Positions 34,070 through 45,746 of a stretch of DNA of 64,000 nucleotides are shown here, in pieces (position 1 is the first letter of the stretch; every line of letters starts with the position of its first letter). Both the position numbers and the translations under genes were made by a program. This DNA comes from Blastocladiella emersonii ATCC 22665 (Eukaryota > Fungi > Blastocladiomycota). The stretch spans positions 434,001 through 498,000 of the forward strand of contig JANHCV010000009.1 of the NCBI GenBank assembly GCA_025594325.1. Reading direction: 5' to 3'. The notes beneath the pieces are model-generated. The model was not told the DNA's origin and did no database searches. It worked only from the letters and a program-made list of their open reading frames with translations.

Positions 34070-37000
34070 ATGGAACCCTTGCCCGACCTTGTCCCGACAC
34101 AGACGAGCGCGTCGGTCCTGCTCACCGACCCCGCCGACCACTTCGACCCGTTCCGCGACTCGTATGCCGCCGACATCTTTCTCTACCACGACGCCAGGAT
34201 CGCCGGCCGAAAGCTTGGCGCCCTGCTCTGCGGTTTCCATGACTTGCGCTCGGTCGCGCTCACGCTCGCCGACGCGGAGCGAAAGGGCTCGCGCGCCGCC
34301 ATGTCCTTTGTCCTTAACGACTTGCGCCCGGACACAATTGCTCGCTCGCTCCTCATCCTTCACGCGCTATCGACATCGGTTCTTGACCCCGCCACGCTCG
34401 ACCGCTTTATCGGACAGCTCTGGTTCTCGGAGCACCTCGAGCAGGAGGTGCTGACCTTTTGGGTTGACCAGATGCGCGCGTGTGTCGACCACGACTGGCT
34501 CTCGTCGACCTCGCCCGTCCGCGTCATGGACGAAGCGACCCTAAAGTCGGTCCGCGGCTGCTTGCAGCGCTGGCTGGACCAAGCCGAGTCGCTGCCGATG
34601 TCGGCCGACCAAGCGGCTTCGCGCAAGACCCTGCTCGATTCGCGCGCGCTCGACCACCGCCGAGTGACGTGCGTCGAGGAGGCGCACACCTGCACAAACA
34701 GCAAATGCAAACACTCGCGCCGGATCCTCGGCGACGTTTTGACGGAGCGCGTGTCCTCGGCGGTCTTCTTCGACGCGGAAGACAAGGTTCCGCGGGCCTA
34801 CGATGCACGCACGCGCTGTGAAATTGAGCGCGTCGTCGAGGCCAGCTCGTTTTTCCTCAGCGCCCGTTCCGACCGCTGCCCGAACCCGACCTTCTTTGGC
34901 GCCAAGTCGCGCGAGGCCAAGATTATTGCGGCACCCTCGGCGGGCTTTTTCGTCGACGTGACCCAGGAGCGCATCGAGCAGTCCATGGAGCGCCAGCTGT
35001 CCGCGTGGCTCCGCGCTCTCGCTGCTGCTTTCGCGCCGGCTTCCAAGGGCAGCAAGGGCGTCCAGCACCGCGTCACGTTCGCTCTCGGCGACGCGGTCTT
35101 GGTCATGGAGCAGCTCACCGCGGACCCCGAGCTCCGCTTCGACGTGGTCGACACGTCGACGCTCGCCGACCGCTGCGGCGACCTGAACCTGCTCCTGCAC
35201 GGCTCCGTGCTCCTCAAGTACAGCGACAAATCGGCGGGCGACCGGTCGCTCCTGTTCCTTTGCGCGGCGAAATCGGAGACCACGGTCTCGCCGACGCTCG
35301 CCGAGATGTTCGACAGGATCTACGATCTTCCCGCCTCGCTTTTGCCCGTCCTGTTCGGCGTCACCCTTTGGGAGCAGCTTCCGCAGGCCCTCGACAGCTG
35401 GGCTGCCCACGTCCAGCCGTTTGCCCACAACCTCCTCGATTCGAGCGCGACGATGCCGTACCGCCGCAACGTTTTCTGCAAGGTGGACGCGCCCGACGCG
35501 CCGATTGCTCTTGTTGCCGCCGAGTCCGAGTATTTGTGGGAGCAAGTTTCCTGCTTTATCAAGACGCTGGACCGCAAGGACGAGGTGAGTAGCTACTCCC
35601 AAGGTACGCTTTGCGCTCTCCACAATGATGATCTGGCCGCGCTAACCGATTTGACTCATGGTGTAGGCGGTACTTTCTCGACGGCGGTGTTCCCTGTCAA
35701 ACTCCTCGCTTACGCATTCGCCGAGCGACGCCTCGTCTGGCTCGGCGCCGAGCCGTACACGTCGCTTCCTTGGCCTTGCTACGACGCGGACGTGATCGAG
35801 GAGGAGCTCAGCGACATGGGGTTCATGAACGGGTACTACCCCGAGCGCGGTTTGTACGCGCGGGCGCACGGCTTTGCCTTCGAGTACGACGATTGTCGCA
35901 TGGATTTGGATCCCGACGACATGGACGAAGTCATGGAGTTCGAGTTTAACGGCGAGGTGACTTGGATTCGCCAGGCCCGCGCCACCTTCACGCTGCTTCC
36001 CGGCATCCACCCGACGTCCGTGATCCGCGTCCACCGCACCGAGGGCCGCGGGTCCATGCCGTACCAGTCGATCAGCCACACGTACGACGAGGCCCGCGGC
36101 ACCGTCGACGTGGTGTGGTACATCGAGGCGAGCGACGTGGCGCCCGCGCCGGCCGCCCGCTTCTCGCTGTGGGCGCGGCCCACGCTCGACCAGTTTGACC
36201 TCTTTGACGAGGATGCCGACTGGGTCCGCATCAGCAACGAGCTCGTGCACGTCACCCGCTTCGACGACCTCTTCTTCCTCCCCGACGGCACCGACGCGGT
36301 GCTCGCGACCCGCGTCCCGCTCACCACCGTGCGCGGCGCGATCCGCGGGATCATGGCGGCGGCCGCCGCCGTCGTGCGCAAGCCGGCGCCGCAGCTGACG
36401 CTCGTCGACGAGGTCACCGACGACGACCACGCCATCGTCAAGCTCACGTTCGAGCTGCCGCGCGGCCGCGGCAAGCCGACGGTCAAGGCGATTCACGGGC
36501 CGGACCTCGCGCAGTACCGCGGCGCCGTCGCGCTCGTCATCGACGGCAAGACGCACACGTTCCAGCTGTCGTACCCGGGGTTCGTCATCGACACCAAGCT
36601 GTACCCGTCGCGGCGCGTCGACGTTGTGTTCCGCAAGACCACCCACGCGATTGAGCCGATGCTCGGTCTCGACCCGCCAGTCCCGCGGTTCGCGCTGTTC
36701 CCCGTCCCCGCGCGCGGCCCGCCCGTGTCCGCGTTCATGGGCGAGGTCGCATCCGCGACGCTCCCGCGCATGTTCACGCGCGACGAGTGGCCGCAGGCGT
36801 CGCGCGGCGTGTTCCACGCGGTCAGCCCGGTGCTGTCGCAGCGCGAGTGCGCCCTCGGGCTCAAGCTGCTGGTCAAGAAGGTGTTCGATTTCGCGGCCAG
36901 GAAGGGCGGCGCGTGCGTCATCAAGGTCGCCGGCATGGGCGACCGCGGCGACGTCGCTGTCATCTTCGTGCACCGGCCCATCGTCATCCCGCCGCAGGGC

Positions 37001-37399
37001 AGGGCGCTCGGCGTCACGCCCGCGCTCGACGTCGCGTACGTGTACGTGCCGCCGCTCCCGCCCAAGTCGGCGCCGGCCGCGCAGCGGTCCGCTGCGATCA
37101 GGCTGCGCAACCTCGTTGGCAAGTGGGACAGCTGGTACGACCGGTTCGTCGGGTACAGCTTCCCCGTGATGAAGTGGGTCAGCCCGCACAGCGAGACGGT
37201 CGCCGAGTACCTCGACTTCTGCCACGCGGCGACCGTCGACCGCTCGATGCCCGATATCGGCCAGTTCCCGCAGACCGCGCCGGGGACGGAGAAGGTGGCC
37301 AGCGCGACGGTGACGTCCTTCGCGGCACTCAAGGGCGAGCTCAAGCGCGCCACGCTGCTCCCCATGTACCCAACCTACTTCGACAATTGTATGCACTAG
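34070..37399 (+). CDS. DUF4470-like protein, copy 2 (probable stop-free 63-nt intron 35604-35666)
   Basis: LLCGFHDLRSV, VLNDLRPDTIARSLLIL and RFDVVDTSTLADRCGDLNLL. gtacgc..gctaac..gtag occurs at the same position as the copy-1 intron. Confidence 0.85.
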   Translation: MEPLPDLVPTQTSASVLLTDPADHFDPFRDSYAADIFLYHDARIAGRKLGALLCGFHDLRSVALTLADAERKGSRAAMSFVLNDLRPDTIARSLLILHALSTSVLDPATLDRFIGQLWFSEHLEQEVLTFWVDQMRACVDHDWLSSTSPVRVMDEATLKSVRGCLQRWLDQAESLPMSADQAASRKTLLDSRALDHRRVTCVEEAHTCTNSKCKHSRRILGDVLTERVSSAVFFDAEDKVPRAYDARTRCEIERVVEASSFFLSARSDRCPNPTFFGAKSREAKIIAAPSAGFFVDVTQERIEQSMERQLSAWLRALAAAFAPASKGSKGVQHRVTFALGDAVLVMEQLTADPELRFDVVDTSTLADRCGDLNLLLHGSVLLKYSDKSAGDRSLLFLCAAKSETTVSPTLAEMFDRIYDLPASLLPVLFGVTLWEQLPQALDSWAAHVQPFAHNLLDSSATMPYRRNVFCKVDAPDAPIALVAAESEYLWEQVSCFIKTLDRKDEVSSYSQGTLCALHNDDLAALTDLTHGVGGTFSTAVFPVKLLAYAFAERRLVWLGAEPYTSLPWPCYDADVIEEELSDMGFMNGYYPERGLYARAHGFAFEYDDCRMDLDPDDMDEVMEFEFNGEVTWIRQARATFTLLPGIHPTSVIRVHRTEGRGSMPYQSISHTYDEARGTVDVVWYIEASDVAPAPAARFSLWARPTLDQFDLFDEDADWVRISNELVHVTRFDDLFFLPDGTDAVLATRVPLTTVRGAIRGIMAAAAAVVRKPAPQLTLVDEVTDDDHAIVKLTFELPRGRGKPTVKAIHGPDLAQYRGAVALVIDGKTHTFQLSYPGFVIDTKLYPSRRVDVVFRKTTHAIEPMLGLDPPVPRFALFPVPARGPPVSAFMGEVASATLPRMFTRDEWPQASRGVFHAVSPVLSQRECALGLKLLVKKVFDFAARKGGACVIKVAGMGDRGDVAVIFVHRPIVIPPQGRALGVTPALDVAYVYVPPLPPKSAPAAQRSAAIRLRNLVGKWDSWYDRFVGYSFPVMKWVSPHSETVAEYLDFCHAATVDRSMPDIGQFPQTAPGTEKVASATVTSFAALKGELKRATLLPMYPTYFDNCMH

Positions 37400-39800
37400 G
37401 GTCGAGAGAGTTTGTTGTCTCAACATCGAGTGATGAAGTCCGATTTTGCTATCCACCTCCCTTCGTCCCTCAGCGAGGTGTCTTACGTCCGCAAGATCGC
37501 TCCTGGGCGTGCTTAGTGACGACGGTCGACACCACGACTACCCCGGGAGGCTCCCTCCGCGATTGCGCTCCAACAAGTCAAGCATGACATCGCTGAGATC
37601 ACGCTCGGCCAGATGCAAGCGATTTTGTTGGGACTGGACTGCTTGAACGTCGAGGAAGGAGCGCGCGACATGGTCCACGGATGGCGCGAGCACGCTCACA
37701 CGCGCCGCGCACTCGCTCTAAGGCCCCTGTAAGCTCGTCCGCGAGACGGATGGTGGCACGGCCGCGTTCGACGCGTCGCCCGCGCCGCCGTCAGGACCGT
37801 ACTTGCTGAAGGTGGTGGACAGCGGCGTCAGTAGAGTTCACTCACCCGTACCCCCGCTGCAAGATCTGTCGTCGCTCGAGGTCAAGTCCGCAGTCTCACC
37901 GACAAGCTCGACGCGGGCGGAAACATGCAAGGAGACTCGGGACCATACTTTTGAGCATACTGGGCGACAGCGGCAGGCGAGCCACCTCGGGCTGCCGCCC
38001 CACGCCCGCTCGTACGCCCAGCTGCTGCCAACGCCGCCCGTGCCGTTGTTCGGCTCGGTGGGCACGTCGCCGTTGAAGTCATCGTTACACGCGTTCGGCC
38101 CATCGAATAGTGGACCGGTAGGCGAGAAACCCGCGTGCGCAAAGATCACCATGGCCGTCGAGCGCACGCCGCTCGTGCAGCACCGGATCCTGGCTGCTCA
38201 CGGCGACAAGAGCAAGAGGAGCACTCGAGGAGTGTGATGCAGCGAGTGAAAGTTGATCTCCATGCGTTTCGTTGGTGGCGTAGCGGCGCAAGGCAGAGGG
38301 CGATGACCGACGGCTCGACGGGGTGTTCATGAGCGCCACGAGCCGCTGTCAGCACGAAAGCAGAGCACGTTGCTTCAGGCTTGCGACGTTCAACAGGTAC
38401 GACGTCCAAGCGGCTCAAGAAGACGAGACATTAGGACCGTGGAAGCGACGCGCTCAGCGCCCGCGTACGGGCCTCCAGGTTCCCACGCGACGCGACGCGC
38501 ACGAAGGGCGAACAGCGTGCGCGTTGCATCCAAGCGCGTCCCCGGACATCGAGCAGCGTTGCAGCGCTCGTATTTTCATGGTCTCTCGCTTGAGCTCATG
38601 TAGCATAATGTAAGATGGCCTCCATTGGACTCGGTGACGACGCGTTGGTCCGCGAGGCGAGTGGCTCGCAGCAGGCCGAAGACAACGGACCGGCCGCGAC
38701 ACGGATCAGACTCGGTCGGTCGCAGTCGCCGTGGAGTAGATGGGTTGTGGATGTGAGCGGACCTGTGATGCGTGTGCAGAACACGGGAGCGAGCGGCGTC
38801 AGCAAGGCGAACGAAGCCCCGCGGCCTGTCGCGGCTCGATCTCCTCGCATGGCTGCGTCGACGCGTCGTAGACAGCATCCCTCAGGCCTTCGAGAGCAGA
38901 TCGAGTACGCCGCAGCCGCCTCAACCGGCGAGCAGCGCCCTGAGCGCGACGAGGGCGGCAGGCTGTCGGTACGGGCATGGGAACGCCGTTGCGGGAAGTC
39001 GCGCAGAGTTGCGCGGTCCATGATGCCCCAAGACGCCTGTGAACGCGCCGGCGAGGCGAGAGCTCGAGGAGAGGAGGCCGCCGCCGTGAGCAGGTGTGGG
39101 AGTCGGCGAACCTGGTGATGCAATGTGGCGCAACGCGTTGACCGCGTGTCCTTCTCATCCACGGCGACGCAAAGTGCACCGTCTGTTGAAGTGTCGGCGT
39201 ATACAACTCGGCGAAAGCTCTTGCATCAATTCTTCGGTCAACGCGAGGCGAAAATTGTCAAGTCGGGGAGTCCCGTGAAAGTCACGTTTGTCTCGCGGCC
39301 GCGGGAGACGCTGCGCCTTCACGCGCGCGCGCGCCAGTCGCGCTTGCCTCACGAATCGCGACGCGTCGACACGTTTATCAAAACTCCCTCGATACAACCG
39401 TCGACTCCTTGCGATGCCATCAACACTGACTCTTTCCGCACGCGTGCCTCTGCACCACCATTCGCAACTGGTCGACATCGCAAAACCTGCAGCAGCGGTT
39501 CGGGGCCCGATCGCGGCCGGATCGCGGCCAGAAAGCAGCATCTGGGCCGGATCTGTGATATTACCCTGACGCGGACCGGATCTGGCTCAGACGCCGCGCG
39601 GGCGGCGCGAGCGGGGTCGGGGCAGCGTCTGGGCAGCGTTGGGGCGGTATCCGGCCCAGATCCGGCCCTGATCGTGCCGTGATCCTGCCCTGATCTCGCC
39701 CAGGTCCGGGACAGAGGCTGCCGTGATGCCGCCGCGAAGTGCGCACCGATCGTGTCACGATCCCGCTCGCATCGTGGCCGGATCCGGGCACACGTCGCAG

Positions 39801-40030
39801 TCAGATCCTGGCCGTATCGTCGCCAGATCCGGGCCATGTCGCGCTCAGATCCTGGCCGTATCGTCGCCGGATCCGGGCCATGTCGCGCTCAGATCCTGGC
39901 CGTATCGTCGCCGGATCCGGGCCATGTCGCGCTCAGATCCTGGCCGTATTGTCGCCGGATCCGGGCCATGTCGCGCTCAGATCCTGGCCGTATCGTCGCC
40001 GGATCCGGGCCATGTCGCGCTCAGATCCTG
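39801..40030 (+). repeat. 44-bp tandem repeat, ~5.2 near-perfect copies
   Basis: Unit tcagatcctggccgtatcgtcgccggatccgggccatgtcgcgc starts at 39801, 39845, 39889, 39933, 39977 and 40021 (partial). Degenerate GATC-rich copies extend to about 39490. Confidence 0.95.
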
Positions 40031-40327
40031 ACCCAGTCGGGGAGTCATCCGCATAGCATTCGGGTATATATATATACAATATCATCATATCGGAACACGC
40101 TTGGGCGGCCAGCCGGCCGGCCTGCCCGCCCGCTCGCCCGCCCCCACCCCACGGTCAACAGCGTGTGCGCGCGCGCGCGCCCTTGGCCTACTTCTTGGCC
40201 TTGGTCTTTGTTCTGCGCGGCATCGAGATGGCGAGCGCCGCGAGCGTCGCCGCGCGCTTGGCGCTGGGCTTGCGCACGCGCGTCGACTTGGCCCGCGTCG
40301 CGGGTGGCGCGTTCTTGACGTTGTTGG

Positions 40328-41900
40328 TCAGGTCCGTCTCCTGCGTGACTTGAGCATCGGACCACGCTGACTCGTCGTCCTCGGCGCGCTCGTCGTCCTC
40401 GATGACGCCACCCTTGGACGCCGCCGACTGGCGCAGCTTGGCCTCGGTCTCGCCGTCGACCACGCCCGCTGGATCTTGAGCAGCAGCCGCAGCATCGATG
40501 GCTGCGGCCGGCGAGGTGAGCCCGTGTGCCGCGCCAACTTGGGGCTCGACCATGGACCTGCTGGTCGGTGTTGCACCAGCACCGACACCTGCAGCAGCGG
40601 AGCGATGGGCTGGGAGGTGGGAGCGGTGGCATGAGCGTCAGCGTTGGTCACTCGGACGCGGAGACAGCAGCGAAGGGAAGGGAGCATACAACGAGGCCGC
40701 TGCTGCAGTGGTGGAGGTGGTGGTGGCCGAGGTGGTGGCGGGGTCGGCGAACGTGGACAACGAAGGGGACTGGCGTCGCTCTCGCCGCCCTCGTCATCGA
40801 GAGAGGGGAGGGAGAGCGGGAGCGGGAGCGGGGGCGAGGGGAAGGGCGCGGTTGTAGTCTCGACGGGCACAAGCGAGGGCGCGCCGGTGGCGAGCGGGAC
40901 CGCGGCTGAGGTCAAGGCTGACATGGTGAGCGAGGCCGGGCCGCTACCGTTGCCGCTGCGCGCGAGCAGCTCGAAGATACTGGGGTCGAGGCCGTTGTGG
41001 GCAGCGAGGTGAAGAGGCGACGCCGGGTTGCCAGGGTTGATGAGCATTGACAACGTGTTGCCCGACGGCATCTCGACCGCGTAGCCCGAGTCGGAGAAGG
41101 GCATGGCGCCAGCGGCTACCGTTGACGAGGCCGAGGCCGCTGCTGGTGCCCCGGCGATGGCAAGGCCGGACGCGGGCGTGGCAGTGCTCGGCGGCGGGGC
41201 GGTGAACCACGCGAAGCCCGTACCGTACCCACGCCGGGCACACGTCTCGCGGAACAGCACCGAGAAGCCGGTCACCTTCTCAGTAAAGTCGGGTTCCGCC
41301 ACAACCTTGCGGAGCTTGGTGAGGTTGGATTGCCGGTCCGACTGGTTGCAGAAGTCACCCCACCCCTTCGCAGGCGACAGGGCCGAGCCCAGCTAGGCAG
41401 CGCGCGCGCGCAGGGGTGAGCAGGCTGCAGAAAGAAAGCGGCGGTGATGGCAGAGGCGCAACGTACCACGGCGAGAAGTAGAGCAAGGAAGCATTGGGCG
41501 CGGTTGACCTTGAGCACGGCCCCGTCCAGTTCCTGCAGCACCAGCACAGCGATGGATCCAAAGGATACATTCGCTATGAGGGCAAGGTCGGAGGGGGAGG
41601 GGAGGGGCAAATGAGGGGCACGAGTCGTGTTGAGGGATGGGCAGACGCACGCAACGTACAGTTCACGGACAACAGGAGGACGCTGTCAAGCAGCACCTCA
41701 AGGATCGTGTTCGGGTTGCCGGCCGCGTTAAAGAGCACGTTGTTGGTCCACGCAGGCTCGAGGACGCCCATGTTGCCGGCCTTGGCGGCCTTGAAGGCGG
41801 CGTGCGCCGTGTCCCAGGTCCCCGAGGCAATCGAGGCGTTGTTGACCAGCTTCTGCTTGATGAACTTGAGGACCAGCGTGAAGAGGTTGGAGCTCGTCCG
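40328..41900 (-). pseudogene. Spliced gene of unknown function, head-to-head with the transposase-like ORF; boundaries approximate
   Basis: Coding-like segments NLFTLVLKFIKQKLVNN..AWTNNVLFNAAGNPNTILEVLLDS (41.66-41.9 kb), YPLDPSLCWCCRNW.. and ..LRKVVAEPDFTEKVTGFSVLFRETCARRGYG. They are separated by intron-like gaps. Confidence 0.45.
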
Positions 41901-42409
41901 CCGTCATGTCGAGCGGCAACACGGCGGGCGCCGAGCCGGACGACGGGCGGGGCGCGGGTTGGTGCGACGCCATGACGGGCGACGCTTGGGACGCGAGATG
42001 GCGGTGACGGTGGCGGTGGAGGGCGGGTGGGTCGGATGCCAGCAGGTCGAGGGCGGCGGGTGTCTTGCGGGAGCGGAAGCGACCGAGGCCGAGCAGGCGC
42101 AAAGTCAAGAGAGGGGAGGGAGAGCGGGAGCGGGAGCGGGCGGGGCGGGGCGAGGGGCGCCCCCTCTTCGCCGCCGCTGTGCAGCAGGCTGTGCAGCAGG
42201 CTGTGCAGCACGCCGCCGAACGCGCAAACGCGCCAACGGGCCAACGCGCCAATCACGTGCTCGACGCGTCACTGCCTTGCCACCTTGGCCGCCTCGCCGC
42301 TGCGCCGCAATCTCTCCCGCGCGCGCGCACGCCAACGCTGGTCCGCCCACGCCCAAACTAGTTCCCATGTAACTGCCCGCAACTCGACCCGTCCACCCGT
42401 CCATCCATC

Positions 42410-44280
42410 ATGCCGCCGGCCAAACCCGGCCGCCCTGTCTCCCGCCGCCACGCGGCCGCTGTCGCCACCGCTGCCTCTGCAGCCGCCGCGCCGGCCTCGC
42501 CTTTGTCTTCGTCATCGTCGTTGGTCGCAACGAACCCGACCGCTTCCACTGCGCCTGCCGCATCCGCCGCGCCCGCACCGTACGCGGCGCCGCCTCGGTG
42601 GAGCGCCCGCCCGCGCAAGCCCAACCTGCGCGCCAACCTCAGCTGTATCCCGCCCTGCACCTTCAAATCCGATTCGTACGCGGGCCTGCACATCCACGAG
42701 GCCAGCTGCCACGTTGTTGACGCCCTCCTGAACCAAAATGCACGGGCCCCAGCTGTCGCGTCTGGGCACCAGCCGGGTGAGATCCGCCGCGCTGCGCTGT
42801 CTGGTCCCGGCGGGGTGTTTGCAGCTCCGCCACCACCTCCGCTGCCACCTCCGCTACCACCGCCGCAGCAGCAGCCTCAGCAGCACTCGCAGCTCGAGCA
42901 GCAGTTGCAGCAGGATGTCGTCATGCAGGACTTGCCCAAAAACGACTCGCAGGATGGCGTCGGCTCCGCCGAGGACGCCGGGACTGTGACCAACCTCAAT
43001 GGCGACGTTGTCATGGAGGACGCCAACGCCGAGACTGTGACCAACGGCGCGCCCACTCCTGTTGCTGAAACCACGTCCGCTGCGCCCGCCACGACCATGC
43101 TCGCCTACAGCGCCAAGCTCCCGATTGGCAAGCACCGTGTTCCGGGAACGACGCCGCCCGTGCCCATTGGCCATGAGCCAATCCCGCGCGCCATCCAGCA
43201 GTCGCCCACCCTCACCGATGCGCCGTGGGACCCGTTCCCGGACTTTGTGTCGTGGCGCTTTACCTTCTTCTGCATGGTTGAGGCCGCGCTCTCGGACTGC
43301 GAGATCGACGCGCTCATCAACCTGATCAACCTGATCGCCGCCATCGTCATTGTCAACAAGTTTGGCAACCTCAACATGTTCCCCGACCGCCTGCTTGTCA
43401 AGCTGCCCAAGGGCATTGTGCAGCGCAAGCTCGTCAAGAAGAGCGCCTTCTACCGCAAGTTCAAGTGCTCCGTGCTCACGGACTCAGATGGCAACAAGTA
43501 CAACTTCATCACGCTCAGCGTCGTTCCCTCGCTGCTGCGCGGGTCCCGCTGCGGCGTCACGCTTGACTGGCTTGGGAACAAGTTCCCAAACCTCCTGCGC
43601 GGCCTCACCAAGGCCATGGCCAAGCACGTCCTGCTTGACATTGAGTACGTACTCCTGCATCACTGCCCTCTCTCAAAGTCATGCACTGACGCCACTCTCC
43701 TGTTCGCTCCCTGTCCTTTTCTGCCACCCAGCAACCGCGACGCCAACGCTGCGCTTCGTCCCAAGGACCTTACTGATGCCGCCAGCCGCGTGTCGCAGGT
43801 CTGCGGGTTCCAGTGCACGGAGATCCATTGCACAAGCGACCTCGACCGCCAGCCAATCGTCGAGATCCTCAAGGCCCGCGTCACCGAGTCCCATGGTCGC
43901 CTTGTCAACGACTTTTTTGTGGTACATTTAACCTCGCCTTGTTATCTTCCTGCCGCTTTACACCACTCGTTACTGATCGCCTCCCCCTGGCAACAAACCC
44001 AGGCTCGATGCGGCAACCAGGGCGGGCTCAACATCATGGAGCCCATCCTCTTCCTCGACTTTGCCGTCAAGGGCTTTGACAACCGCTTCCAGGTCGCCAT
44101 TGGTCGCTGGTTCTCGCGGTTCAAGCCCAACAGCAACACCATGCTCGCCCGCGACGCCATCACTCACCTAATCCAGGTGCGCTGCAAGGACGGCCTTGCC
44201 GTCGTACCCGTTCCCGCCATTGTCAGCCCTGTCCATCTCGTGCCGATGTTCCTCAAGCACCTCGTCAATGGGAAGCCCAA
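42410..44280 (+). mobile_element. Plavaka/CACTA-like transposase remnant (N-terminal and C-terminal motifs; catalytic core not recognised)
   Basis: Possible zinc finger CIPPC..H.HE..C. WDPFPDFVSWRF..AALSDCEIDALINLI and GRWFSRF..VVPVPAIVSPVHLVPMF resemble, from recall, the N- and C-terminal signatures of fungal Plavaka transposases. Confidence 0.5.
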
Positions 44281-44289
44281 GAAGAAGCC

Positions 44290-45397
44290 GTACTACCCGT
44301 CCCGCGCCGCGAGTACCTCGCCAACGTTGCCCTCCCCAGCCGCCCGTCCACCGCCAACGTCCTCGTCTCGGTCTCGGGCCCGAAGCGCATCTTTGAGCTG
44401 CCGACCGACGCCGCCAAGCTCCCCGCGGCCATGACGTGGCTCGCCACGCTCGTTGCAGGCAACGGCGCCCCCAACTGGCTCCGCGCGCTCGTCCTCGCCC
44501 AGCACGTCGTCCAGGGCCGCATGCTCGCCAACAACTACGTGCCGCGTCTCCTCGCGCCGCGCGCCAGCATGACCGTGGCCGTGACGCCGACCAAGCTCGC
44601 CCTCACGCTGCACGACGCGCGCACCCCCGGGCTTGTGATCCGCCGTGGAGCGGGCAACAAGATCACCCTGACGCTCACGCACGCGTACGTCAACCACGCG
44701 GCCAGCCTCGACCTCGTGTTCCGGTACTCGCCCGAGACGCCGTACGCGCTGATCCACAAGAAGCTCGACGGCCGCAACGCCCGCGTCAAGGCCTTCTATG
44801 TGGCGCTGTGGGCCACCGAGGTGGTCGCTGGCGAGGCGCGCAAGTGCACGTCGTCGCACGTTGTCAACTGCAACTCGATTGCCCGGTTCTGCAAGGTGGT
44901 CCAGAACGACGCCGAGCAGTTTGTTGACTGCGGCTGGGACCAGCTCACGGCGCCGCTCGACTACGCCATCGTCGCCGGGTGGCAGGCCGTTGTGCAGCCG
45001 CTCTTCTTGGGCCTCATTGACAGAGACCTGCTCAAGCTTGTCCACCTCAGCAACTCGTTCAAGGTGCTTGTCCCCGGGTTGCTCGTCTACGCCGGCGACA
45101 AGATCGAGACCCAGGCCAAGGTCATCTCCATGACCAACACGCCGACGGCCAAGAAGATCACAGTCAAGGACACGCTTGCGCGCGACGGCACCGCGCTTGT
45201 CAAGGTCACGTTGGCCTTCTTTGTCCGTGGCGCCTTCAACAACTACCACCGCACCTTCAACAACGTTGACAAGGAGCCCATCTCGCTCACGGTGCGCCGC
45301 CCGCAGGACTGCGCCGTGCTTGAGTCCAAGGAGTACATCTCCTTTGACGCCGCCAGCCCCGTCCCCATCGCCGTTGGGTCCACGCTCATGTTCCGCC
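44290..45397 (+). pseudogene. FAS1: Fungal type-I fatty acid synthase fragment, part 1 (region preceding and including the first half of the dehydratase)
   Basis: NWLRALV..DGRNARVKAFYVALW..APLDYAIVAGWQAV..DLLKLVHLSNSFK..FFVRGAFNNYHRTF aligns with yeast Fas1 (APMDFAIVVGW, GDLLKLVHLSNGYK). Confidence 0.9.
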
Positions 45398-45426
45398 TAG
45401 GGTTGCATTAGGAGGGGCGGGCTCCG

Positions 45427-45620
45427 GTACCTCATACCTACCAGCCCACGCGCAGTGGGAATGCACCAGTACCTTGTACCTCCAGACCACATCAAAGCCC
45501 CAATACCTTGTACCTAGCTTAGGATTTTCCCAAGTACCTTCCCCCAAAAGCCCAATACCTTATACCTGTCCCATTTCAAAGCGCCTCATCCAGTACCTCC
45601 AATCAAACACCATAATACCT
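45427..45620 (+). repeat. Left subterminal (A/G)TACCT repeats of the hAT-like element
   Basis: Clustered gtacct / atacct / agtaccttgtacct motifs. Matching cluster at 50475-50704. Confidence 0.85.
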
Positions 45621-45658
45621 TGCTCATATACATCCAGCAGCGGGCTGTGTGAGAACAC

Positions 45659-45746
45659 ACATCAGCTTGAGCTGATGGGTGCACATCAGCTCACAAGCTG
45701 ATGGGTGAACATTGGCTCACGAGCTGATGGGTGCACATCAGCTCAC
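45659..45746 (+). repeat. Left cluster of 24-bp quasi-palindromes GAGCTGATGGGTGCACATCAGCTC
   Basis: About 3 copies. Reverse complement of the right-hand array units. Confidence 0.9.

Noticed and set aside
35585-35666. GTGAGT at 35585 as the intron donor in DUF4470 copy 2
   Set aside because: It would give an 82-nt intron and shift the frame. The GTACGC donor at 35604 keeps the phase and matches copy 1.
37446-39480. Several short ORFs (e.g. 37838-38167 -)
   Set aside because: No recognisable homology or consistent exon structure. They may be relics but cannot be supported.
39801-40030. 44-bp repeat as a CRISPR array
   Set aside because: The units are directly head-to-tail with no unique spacers, there are no cas genes, and the context is eukaryotic.
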